DNA of 64,000 nt from Candidatus Limnocylindrales bacterium (lineage in GTDB: Bacteria; Moduliflexota; Moduliflexia; Moduliflexales; JAUQPW01), in contig DATMBG010000051.1 of the NCBI GenBank assembly GCA_035559535.1, forward strand, positions 186,001 through 250,000, in the 5' to 3' direction. The notes beneath the pieces are model-generated. The model saw only the letters and a program-made list of their open reading frames with translations, did not search any database and was not told the origin of the DNA. Made by a program: the position numbers and the translations under genes. The first letter of the stretch is position 1; every line of letters starts with the position of its first letter. This document shows, piece after piece, positions 40,938 to 49,934 of the stretch.

Positions 40938-41885
40938 TTGTATCGGCTTCTGATTATTGAACAGAACCCAGAAAGTTATCGACAAATAATCCAGAAGGAG
41001 ATTCCGGACCTGGAAATTTATTTTTTAGAGGACGTAAAGAAGGATCCAGGTCTTCTGTCAACTCTGGACATTTTTCTGGCCGGAAAAGTGGATGGAAAGT
41101 TTCCGGAGGATCTTTTGAAGCAGGCTTATAGAGTCCAATGGATCCAATCAACTCTGGCTGGGGTGGATCATATTATAAGATCCCCCTTTTTAAGGGATGA
41201 GATCCTTTTAACGAGAGTTGGCGGTGTTTTTGGAAGGTTTATGGCCGAGTATGTGTTGGGATATCTACTTTATCTGGTTCTTCGAATTGCCCAGGTAGTA
41301 GAAAATCAAAAAAAGGCTCATTGGGAGCCTTTTATGCCTGGGACCCTGGAGGGTCGGGTTCTGGGAATTCTGGGTCTGGGAGAAATCGGCAGCGAGATTG
41401 CACGAAGAGCTAAAGGGTTTGGCATGAAAGTTATAGGCTTGAAGCGAACCGCCGGGCATTATCCTTATGTGGATCGGTTATTTCTGGAATCCCAGCTACC
41501 GGAATTTTTGCCCCAGGTAGATTTTCTGGTTATTACCGTCCCCTTGACTCCCAAAACCCAGGGTATGATCAAGGCCCATGAGTTAAGGTTAATGAAACGA
41601 GAAGCTTACCTGATCAATATTGCGCGGGGTGCAGTTGTTCAAGAAGAGGATCTTATCCGGGCTTTAGAAGAAAATTGGATCGCCGGAGCAATTCTGGACG
41701 TCTTCGAGCATGAACCTCTTCCCAAAGAGAGTCGGCTCTGGAGCCTGAAAAATGTTATTATAACACCACACATTTCGGGACCGGATGACCCGGCCCGTGT
41801 CAGTCAAATCTTCTGTGATAACTACCGCCGCTTTCTTGCCAAAGAACCCCTTCGATACCTGGTAGATAAACATCGTGGCTATTGA
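40938..41885 (+). CDS. D-2-hydroxyacid dehydrogenase
   Basis: GILGLGEIG, PLTPKT, INIARG, LDVFEHEPLP, ITPHISG. Confidence 0.93.
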   Translation: MYRLLIIEQNPESYRQIIQKEIPDLEIYFLEDVKKDPGLLSTLDIFLAGKVDGKFPEDLLKQAYRVQWIQSTLAGVDHIIRSPFLRDEILLTRVGGVFGRFMAEYVLGYLLYLVLRIAQVVENQKKAHWEPFMPGTLEGRVLGILGLGEIGSEIARRAKGFGMKVIGLKRTAGHYPYVDRLFLESQLPEFLPQVDFLVITVPLTPKTQGMIKAHELRLMKREAYLINIARGAVVQEEDLIRALEENWIAGAILDVFEHEPLPKESRLWSLKNVIITPHISGPDDPARVSQIFCDNYRRFLAKEPLRYLVDKHRGY

Positions 41886-42138
41886 TGTTTTAAACCTTAT
41901 TGTGGTATAACCCCGAACCCTATTTAAATTTTTTATTGACATTGCAAACCTGACAAGTGTATTAAGATAGGAATCGTAATGGGTAAATCCTAAAGGAATA
42001 GGGGCGAAGGGATCTGATAGGGAAGGGTTAGCCTGGTCTTCATAATTTTCTTATCCTGAGAGGTTTGGTAAATTAGAAAATACGATCCATCTTATTTAAG
42101 ATAATCCTCACACGGGTTACCATCCAAAATTTCAATTC

Positions 42139-45100
42139 TTGGATATTTTTATGAGTTTGTGGGATAGATTAAAAGGTAAGAGTGACAAGAAGAGGAAGGA
42201 ACCTACAGTCTCTTCATCTTCAGATAATGGATCTTCTGCTTCCGATCCGAATCAACTTCGCAGCTCACCCACTCCTGCCAAAAACTCTCCGGAAAGTCTG
42301 GCTAAGGAGGGGATTTCTGCCCATTCCAGAGGTCTCAGATCCGGCAGTGGCTCTTCCATTTTAGGTTCTCGACAGAGTAAGGATCCCCTACGGGTATGGA
42401 TGCCTGGAGAGATTATAGAAGGTCGTTATGAAGTTATCCAGGAATTAACTGGAGGAGCTATGGGACAGGTTTATCGGGTAAGGCATCGGGATTGGAACAT
42501 CGAGTTAGCTATTAAGAGTCCCTTACCCCATCTGATTGCCAATGAAGATCTCAAGGCCCGATTTATTGAAGAGGCTGAAAGCTGGGTGGAGCTGGGTCTT
42601 CATCCCCATATCACAACCTGTTATTATGTGGCTCAAATTGAAGGAATGCCACGCATTGTTTTAGAGTATGTCGAAGGGGGCACCCTTAAGGACTGGATCA
42701 CCCGGGGGGTGTTTCTTCAGGATCTGGAGACCCCATTGGCCGTGGCTATCCAGCTTTGCCTGGGGTTGGAGTATGCCCATAGTAAAGGGGTTATTCATCG
42801 AGACTTAAAACCAGCCAATGTACTTCTGACAAAGGGAGGAACTCCCAAACTTACGGACTTTGGTCTGGTCAAACGAAGTGCCAGGGTCAGAGATCAGGAT
42901 TCGATACGATCTTCCTCCCCGAGGTTAGATACTCGATCTGTAGAAGCGACCCAGGTAGGAACCATCTTGGGGACCCCAGAGTATATGGCGCCTGAGCAGT
43001 GGGCCGGAGCAGAACAGACGGGGGTTCATACAGATATTTATGCTTTGGGATTAGTATTTTATGAACTCTTCTGTGGTCGGCGTCCTTTCGAGCTTACAGA
43101 AAATCTACGATATGCCCATCCGACCCTTCAGGAACGGGAGTGGGAGCGGATGCATTCCCAGGAGCCCGTTCCCGATCCCCATCAATGGCGAAGGGATCTT
43201 CCCGAAGCACTGGTCATGATCTTGAGGGAATGTCTAGCCAAGACTCCTGTGGACCGGCCACCGGATGTTAAATCGGTCAGAGAACGGCTGGAGTTGATCT
43301 ATCAAATGCAAGTCGGGCGGACAGCTCCTTACACGCAGGCGGCGACAGATCTGGACCTTCGGGCAGATAGCCTCAATAACCGGGCCCTTTCCTACTTAGA
43401 TTTGGGGAAAGAAGTAGAAGCGGAGGCCACCTGGCGAAAGGCTCTCGCAGTGGATCCTCAACACCCTGAAGTGGTTTACAACCATGGAATTTTCCTTTGG
43501 CGCCGGGGTCGTTTAACAGACGAAGCACTGGTAAGGCAATTGGAAGAGGTCCGGGCCACCCACGGCAATTGGTGGCAGGCCATGTATCTCCTGGCTCTTG
43601 TGCAGTTTGAGCGGGGAGAGATAGATTTAGCCCTCTTACTCCTGGAGGAAGCAGCCCGACAGGCTCCCCAAGAAACAGAACTCCAGGAGCCTCTTCGGTT
43701 AGCCAGATCCCGTAGTCTCGCTACCCGTCGCTTTTTACGGAACTTTGAAGGGCATAACAGTTATGTAAGTTCTGTATGCCTGAGTCAGGATGGACTTTGG
43801 GCACTCTCCGGGAGTGGAGATAGTACTCTGCGGCTCTGGGAAGTTGCTACGGGTCGCTGTCTGAGGGTCTTTGAAGGACATACCAGTTATGTAAGTTCTG
43901 TGTGCCTGAGTCCTGACGGGCGCTGGGCCTTATCGGGAAGTGGAGACAATACCCTGCGACTTTGGGAGGTAACGACAGGCCGATGCTTAAGGATCTTCGA
44001 GGGGCATACTAAAGGAATATCCTCTGTTTGCCTGAGCACTGAGGCCGATAGTATGGGTGTTGCCCGTTGGGTCTTATCGGGAAGCTGGGATAAAACTCTA
44101 CGACTTTGGGAAGTTGCCACGGGACGATGTCTGAAGGTTTTCGAAGGACATACCAAGGAGGTCCTTTCGGTTTACCTGAGCAGCGATGGAAAATGGGCCT
44201 TATCCGGGGGTGGAGATAATACCTTGCGACTCTGGGAAGTAGATACTGGCCGATGCTTGAGAATCTTCGAAGGGCATATCAAGGGGATCATGTCTGTTTG
44301 TTTAAGTACCAATAAACGCTGGGCCCTTTCAGGAAGTCTGGATAAGACACTGGCATTATGGGAGGTGGATACGGGTCGATGTTTGAGGGTCTTCGAAGGA
44401 CATACCAACTACGTGACTTCTGTACATCTCAGTGAAGATGGACGTTGGGCCTTATCCGGGGGTGGGGATAATACCTTGCGACTCTGGGAAGTAGATACCG
44501 GTCGATGTCTGCGGACTTTTCAAGGACATGTCGATTGGGTGACTTCTGTCTATCTGAGCAAGGACGGGCGTTGGGCGTTATCCGGGAGTGGGGACAGAAC
44601 CTTAAGGCTTTGGGAATTACCCCGGGAGAGTATCTGCTCTTTTCGCCTCAGTCGCCCCAGGTCCCATACCGACTGGTTGGAAGTTCAGACCCGGATAGCC
44701 GAGTTATTAAAGGGAGCCGAGGAGGCATTGAAAAAGGCCAACTTTAGTGGGGCTCTGACCCTGGTACGAGAGGCTCGAAGATTACCAGGTTGTGAACGTA
44801 CCCCCCAGACCCTGGAAGCCTGGGCAAAACTTTCTCTTATTTGTCCCCGGGTGGGCCTGCGGGCCGTATGGTTAACCAAAACCTTTGAGGGACATAAGAA
44901 TGAAATCAATACCGTTTGTCTCAGTACAGACGGACGCTGGGCCCTCTCCGGAGGAGGTAATAACATCTTACTTTGGGATGTGGTTACCGGACGTAATTTG
45001 CGAACTTTTCAGGGGCATACAGGTTCCGTACTCTCTGTTTATCTCAGCAACGATAAACAGTGGATTCTCTCCGGGGGGAGTGATAATACGCTGCGACTCT

Positions 45101-45999
45101 GGGAGACGGAAACGGGCCGCTGTCTGAGGGTTTTCCAGGGTCATACCAACTGGGTGAGATCGGTTTGCCTGAGTCCCGACAGACGCTGGGCCCTCTCCGG
45201 AGGAGGTAATAACATCTTACTTTGGGACGTGGCTACCGGACGTTGTATCCGGACCTTTTTAGGACATACCAACTCGGTACTATCGGTTTGCCTGAGTCCC
45301 GATGGATGTTGGGTTCTCTCCGGAGGTGGAGATAATGTAGTACGGCTCTGGGATGTGACCACAGGACGTTGTATCCAGACCTTTCAAGGACATACCAGTT
45401 GGGTGAGATCGGTTTGCCTGAGTCCCAACGGACGCTGGGCCCTCTCCGGGAGTGGGGATAATACCCTGAAACTTTGGGAAATAACTACAGGACGTTGCCT
45501 ACAAACCTTCCAGGGTCATACCGATGGTGTAAACTCCGTCTGTCTGAGTACCGATGGACGTTGGATTCTGTCAGGGGGCAGCGATAACACCCTACGGCTC
45601 TGGCAAACCGGCACAGGACGTTGCATACGCACCCTTGAAGGACATACCAGCTGGGTAAGATCCGTCTACCTGAGTGCCGATGGACGTTGGGCCCTTTCCG
45701 GAGGAGGGGATAAAACTTTGCGACTCTGGCAACTGGATTGGGAACTTGAAGCCCGTGATCCGGCTACCTGGAATGAAGGGGCTTTACCTTATCTTAAGTC
45801 TTTCCTGATACTTCATACTCCTTACGCCAGCTCAGATCCCACCAAGCCAGAGGGACTTACACGACGGGGCAAACCTTGCTGGAATGAGCAGGATTTTCAA
45901 GAGCTTCTTCGTCAACTCCAATACGCAGGTTATGGAAGACTTCGCCCTGAAGGGATACGTACCAAGCTCGAAGAGCTTGCCCGGTCTCTAACCCCCTGA
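42139..45999 (+). CDS. Ser/Thr protein kinase with TPR and 14 WD40 repeats (ATG 42151 likely start)
   Basis: GAMGQV, AIK, HRDLKPAN, DFG, GTPEYMAPE; TPR-like NNRALSYLDLG; 2 x 7 GH...LRLWE repeats. Confidence 0.95.
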   Translation: MDIFMSLWDRLKGKSDKKRKEPTVSSSSDNGSSASDPNQLRSSPTPAKNSPESLAKEGISAHSRGLRSGSGSSILGSRQSKDPLRVWMPGEIIEGRYEVIQELTGGAMGQVYRVRHRDWNIELAIKSPLPHLIANEDLKARFIEEAESWVELGLHPHITTCYYVAQIEGMPRIVLEYVEGGTLKDWITRGVFLQDLETPLAVAIQLCLGLEYAHSKGVIHRDLKPANVLLTKGGTPKLTDFGLVKRSARVRDQDSIRSSSPRLDTRSVEATQVGTILGTPEYMAPEQWAGAEQTGVHTDIYALGLVFYELFCGRRPFELTENLRYAHPTLQEREWERMHSQEPVPDPHQWRRDLPEALVMILRECLAKTPVDRPPDVKSVRERLELIYQMQVGRTAPYTQAATDLDLRADSLNNRALSYLDLGKEVEAEATWRKALAVDPQHPEVVYNHGIFLWRRGRLTDEALVRQLEEVRATHGNWWQAMYLLALVQFERGEIDLALLLLEEAARQAPQETELQEPLRLARSRSLATRRFLRNFEGHNSYVSSVCLSQDGLWALSGSGDSTLRLWEVATGRCLRVFEGHTSYVSSVCLSPDGRWALSGSGDNTLRLWEVTTGRCLRIFEGHTKGISSVCLSTEADSMGVARWVLSGSWDKTLRLWEVATGRCLKVFEGHTKEVLSVYLSSDGKWALSGGGDNTLRLWEVDTGRCLRIFEGHIKGIMSVCLSTNKRWALSGSLDKTLALWEVDTGRCLRVFEGHTNYVTSVHLSEDGRWALSGGGDNTLRLWEVDTGRCLRTFQGHVDWVTSVYLSKDGRWALSGSGDRTLRLWELPRESICSFRLSRPRSHTDWLEVQTRIAELLKGAEEALKKANFSGALTLVREARRLPGCERTPQTLEAWAKLSLICPRVGLRAVWLTKTFEGHKNEINTVCLSTDGRWALSGGGNNILLWDVVTGRNLRTFQGHTGSVLSVYLSNDKQWILSGGSDNTLRLWETETGRCLRVFQGHTNWVRSVCLSPDRRWALSGGGNNILLWDVATGRCIRTFLGHTNSVLSVCLSPDGCWVLSGGGDNVVRLWDVTTGRCIQTFQGHTSWVRSVCLSPNGRWALSGSGDNTLKLWEITTGRCLQTFQGHTDGVNSVCLSTDGRWILSGGSDNTLRLWQTGTGRCIRTLEGHTSWVRSVYLSADGRWALSGGGDKTLRLWQLDWELEARDPATWNEGALPYLKSFLILHTPYASSDPTKPEGLTRRGKPCWNEQDFQELLRQLQYAGYGRLRPEGIRTKLEELARSLTP

Positions 46000-46050
46000 A
46001 CAGGAAGACCTCAACTGAGATCCTGGGCTTGACTGTGGGGAACTGGAAAA

Positions 46051-48279
46051 ATGCCGAGTTTGATTATCAAAAAGCCCAACGATACTGAAACCTATTTCGT
46101 CCTTGATAAAGAGGTTATAACCCTTGGCAAGAATGAACCTGAAGAAGGTGTCCAAAATGATATCGGCTTTGAGGATAAGACGGTCTCCCGTCATCATGCC
46201 AGAATCCTGAAAGAAGGAAACCATTACTTCATCGAAGACCTGGGAAGTAAAAATCATACTTTTGTTAATGGTAAGGAAATAAAAAAAGCGGAACTTAAAC
46301 ATGGGGATTTGATTACCATTGGACTCAACACCTTGATATTTGAAGCAGAGGACGCCACAGTTGTGAATCCTGCCGATCTGGAAGTTAAGTTTCAGGAATT
46401 AGATAAAAGTAAAACCGTAGACCTTAATTATATTATTCTCTATCAGATAAGTGAGAAACTGGTTACGGTCGCTGACCTGGATGAGTTTTTAAAGTCAGTT
46501 ATGGAGATGATCCATCTGGCTATTAAGGCTGAAAAGAGCCTGCTCCTGCTTTTGGAAGAGGATGGAGAGCTACATCATCGAGTGGGTATAGGTCCGGATA
46601 AACTTTACAGTAAGACCATGGTTGAAAAGGTTCGCCGCGAAAAGCGATCTTTCATGACCTCCCTTAAAGTAGACATCACAACCTCTATGATCTTTCGTAG
46701 TATCCAATCGGTTATGGCAGCTCCCTTACTAAAATATAACGAGGTTATAGGTGTCATTTATATGGAAGATCCCAGGCCTGCTAAATTTAGCCCCAGTGAT
46801 CTTACCCTGTTAACCGCCATTGCCAATCATGTTTCTTCAGGGATAGAACGCGTCAATCTCAATGCCCGAATAAAAAAGGAGGCCTTAATAAGAAGTAATC
46901 TCGAGCGCTTTCTTTCCCCACATGTGGCCGATAAGATAACCCGAGACAGTCTGGAAACCGGAAAAGTAGACTTAAAGGCTGAAAAAGTACTTGCAACTAT
47001 TTTATTTGCAGATATTAAGGGGTTTACCCTCCTTACTGAAAGACTGGATCCCTCTGAAATCGCAGATCTCTTAAATGAATATTACTGTTTTGTAACTGAC
47101 ATTATCTTTAAATATGAAGGTACGCTGGATAAGTATATGGGGGATGGAGTTATGGCCATATTTGGAGCTCCTATTCCTTATCCCCATCATGCAAGAAATG
47201 CCGTGATGGCCGCCCTGGAGATACAAAAAGAACAGAAAAAGTTTAAGGAAAGACTTGACCCGCGAAAAAAGTTCGATGTAAGAATAGGCATCAATACAGG
47301 TGAAGTGGTAGCCGGTTATATTGGCTCACCTAAAAGGATGGAATACACGGTACTGGGGGAAGAGGTAGTTCTTGCCTACCGTTTGGAATCTATGGCGAAT
47401 GCAGGGGGGATTTTTATTGGAAAGCAAACCTACAAGCTGATCGAGCAGGACTTTGAGGTTCAGTTCGTAGAAAAGATTAAAATGCCTAAAGGAGAAAAAG
47501 ATATGGAAGTTTATAAGGTTTTGGGAGAGAAACCCAAGGTGTCATGGAAAGTTGGATACAAAAGCGATGTGGGAAGGGTACGAACCGGTAACGAAGATAG
47601 TTTCTATGTGGATGAAGAGGGCGGCCTATTTATTATTGCAGATGGCATGGGTGGACACCAGGGGGGAGAAGTAGCCAGCAAAATAGCTGTGGAAGTAATA
47701 TCCAGTTTCTTAAAAGATAAGATTTCTCGAGAAACCACCCCTGAGGTTACTGCTGAGCTTATCATGAAGGCCCTTTTTAAAGCCAACGATGAGGTTAGAA
47801 TAAAAGGAGAAAGTGATTTCTCGCTCCGGGGAATGGGTACTACGGTTGTCCTGGCCTTTTGTCGAGATAACGACCTTCATATCGCCCACATTGGAGATAG
47901 CCGGGCTTATCTGATCCATGATGGGAAGATTCAACAACTTACAGAAGACCATTCGGTTATCACCCAAATGGTAAAAACCGGAAATCTTACAAAGGAAGAG
48001 GCAAAAAACCATAAACTGAAACATATGCTGAGCCAGGCCCTGGGAACTTCTACTTATTTGGCTCCCGATATCCAAGTATTTAACTGGATAGCCGGGGATT
48101 ATATTCTCCTCTGCTCGGATGGGCTTACAGATATGCTAAATGATCAAGAATTGCTTTCGACCATTCTGGAATGCAGCATCGGAGAACCTCAAGAAGGCTG
48201 TGAAATGCTGGTAGATCTGGCAAATAAAAAAGGTGGAAAAGATAATATTACGGTGATTTTGTTATATAAAACCTTATAA
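46051..48279 (+). CDS. FHA-GAF-class III nucleotide cyclase-PP2C phosphatase fusion
   Basis: FHA (VSRHHA, GSKNHTFVNG), GAF (SVMAAPL), cyclase (ILFADIKGFT, DKYMGDG, RIGINTG), PP2C (NEDS, ADGMGG, CSDGLTD, DNIT). Confidence 0.92.
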   Translation: MPSLIIKKPNDTETYFVLDKEVITLGKNEPEEGVQNDIGFEDKTVSRHHARILKEGNHYFIEDLGSKNHTFVNGKEIKKAELKHGDLITIGLNTLIFEAEDATVVNPADLEVKFQELDKSKTVDLNYIILYQISEKLVTVADLDEFLKSVMEMIHLAIKAEKSLLLLLEEDGELHHRVGIGPDKLYSKTMVEKVRREKRSFMTSLKVDITTSMIFRSIQSVMAAPLLKYNEVIGVIYMEDPRPAKFSPSDLTLLTAIANHVSSGIERVNLNARIKKEALIRSNLERFLSPHVADKITRDSLETGKVDLKAEKVLATILFADIKGFTLLTERLDPSEIADLLNEYYCFVTDIIFKYEGTLDKYMGDGVMAIFGAPIPYPHHARNAVMAALEIQKEQKKFKERLDPRKKFDVRIGINTGEVVAGYIGSPKRMEYTVLGEEVVLAYRLESMANAGGIFIGKQTYKLIEQDFEVQFVEKIKMPKGEKDMEVYKVLGEKPKVSWKVGYKSDVGRVRTGNEDSFYVDEEGGLFIIADGMGGHQGGEVASKIAVEVISSFLKDKISRETTPEVTAELIMKALFKANDEVRIKGESDFSLRGMGTTVVLAFCRDNDLHIAHIGDSRAYLIHDGKIQQLTEDHSVITQMVKTGNLTKEEAKNHKLKHMLSQALGTSTYLAPDIQVFNWIAGDYILLCSDGLTDMLNDQELLSTILECSIGEPQEGCEMLVDLANKKGGKDNITVILLYKTL

Positions 48280-48336
48280 AGACCTTTAAGTTAAATAAGT
48301 CTCAAACGAGGGTTTAAGGACAGGAGGATAAATAAA

Positions 48337-49833
48337 ATGCCGCGTTTAATTATAAAAGGGCGGAATGCTCCTGAGAGGGTTTTTAATCTGGATAAAGATG
48401 TCATTACCATAGGTAAGGACGATCCGGAAACAGGGATTCAAAATACCATAAATCTGGACGATAAAACGGCTTCACGTCGTCACGCCAGAATAACCCGAGA
48501 AGGAGAAGACTATTTTATTGAAGATTTGAAAAGTACTAATCATACCTTTGTCAATGGTAAGGAAATAAAAAAGGCAAAACTTAAACATGGAGATCGAATA
48601 ACCATCGGATTTAGTACCCTCGTTTTTGAAACCGAAGGTATCAAGTTCATTAATCCCTCCGATCTGGTCATTAAATTTCAAGAATTAGATAGAAGTAAAC
48701 CCCTGGATCTTAATTACTTTATTCTCCATCAGGTGAGTGAGAGGTTGGTAACGGCTACCAATTTAGAGGAGTTTTTAAAATCCATCGCAGACCTGGTACG
48801 CTTATCTATAAAGACCGAGAAATGTCTGTTGTTCCTTCTAGGGGATGATGGAGAGTTATATTGTCGTGGGGTTAGCGGTCCGAATAATTCCTATAGCAAA
48901 TCCTCTGTTGAGAGGGTTCGGCACGAAAAACGATCCATGATAAGTTCCCTTGAGTTTGAACCTACCGATACCTTGAAGACCCTTATGTTTCAAGGAATAC
49001 AATCCATCATGTGTGCACCTATACTTAAATATGGGGATGTGGTGGGGGTTATCTATGTGGAAGACTCCAAACCGGGAAGGTTCAGCGAAAGTGACCTTAT
49101 CCTGTTAACTACCATCGCCAATCATATCTCCTGGAACATAGAGAAGGTTATCTGGAATGAAAAGAGAAAAAAGGAGGGAATTGTTCGAAGCAATCTGGCA
49201 CGGTTTATTCCCCCCCACATTATCGATAAGATGATCCGGGATAGCGTAGATCCAGAAGAAATATGTTTAAAAACTGAGAGGATTCCAGTGACGATCCTGA
49301 TATCGGATATCCATGGATTTCCACTTCTTATTGAGAAACTCAATCCTTTTGAAATTGCCGAGGTTTTAAATGAATACTATACCCTGATGACCGAGGTCAT
49401 CTTTAAATATGAAGGAACCCTGATCAAATATGATGGCGGCGTGGTGGTAGGGGTTTTTGGGACCCCTATTTCCTTTCCCGATAGAACAAAAAATGCAGTA
49501 CTGGCGGCTATTGAGGTGCAAGACCGGCAAAGAACTTTCAAGGAAAAACAAGATCCGAGAAAAAAATTGGATTTAAAGATCGGAATCAATACCGGGGAAG
49601 TTGTGGCAGGTTATATGGGATCTCCCATCAGAATGGAATATACCGTACTTGGAGAAGCGGTCACCCTGACCCATCGCCTGGCATCCCTGGCAGAACCTGG
49701 CAGTATTCTTGTGAGTAAACAGATTAATGACCTCGTTAAAGTGGATTACATTACGAAATTTATAGGAAAAATGAAAACCTCTAAGGGAGATGAAAAGATA
49801 GAAGTTTACAGCGTCTTGAGTAAAGTTTTATAA
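48337..49833 (+). CDS. FHA-GAF-class III cyclase-like protein (degenerate paralog)
   Basis: Collinear with the first ~490 aa of the preceding gene; SDIHGF, IKYDGGV, KIGINTG; RBS CAGGAGG. Confidence 0.9.
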   Translation: MPRLIIKGRNAPERVFNLDKDVITIGKDDPETGIQNTINLDDKTASRRHARITREGEDYFIEDLKSTNHTFVNGKEIKKAKLKHGDRITIGFSTLVFETEGIKFINPSDLVIKFQELDRSKPLDLNYFILHQVSERLVTATNLEEFLKSIADLVRLSIKTEKCLLFLLGDDGELYCRGVSGPNNSYSKSSVERVRHEKRSMISSLEFEPTDTLKTLMFQGIQSIMCAPILKYGDVVGVIYVEDSKPGRFSESDLILLTTIANHISWNIEKVIWNEKRKKEGIVRSNLARFIPPHIIDKMIRDSVDPEEICLKTERIPVTILISDIHGFPLLIEKLNPFEIAEVLNEYYTLMTEVIFKYEGTLIKYDGGVVVGVFGTPISFPDRTKNAVLAAIEVQDRQRTFKEKQDPRKKLDLKIGINTGEVVAGYMGSPIRMEYTVLGEAVTLTHRLASLAEPGSILVSKQINDLVKVDYITKFIGKMKTSKGDEKIEVYSVLSKVL

Positions 49834-49934
49834 GAGCTGATATTAAAAACTTAGGCAATGAACAGTTGTTATTTACAAACCCGAGATTGTAAAAAATCAA
49901 TTATTCATTGTTAATAACTAAACTAAACTTAAAG

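Noticed and set aside
43887-45362. Repetitive antisense ORFs within the WD40 region
   Set aside because: Antisense shadows of the WD40 repeats
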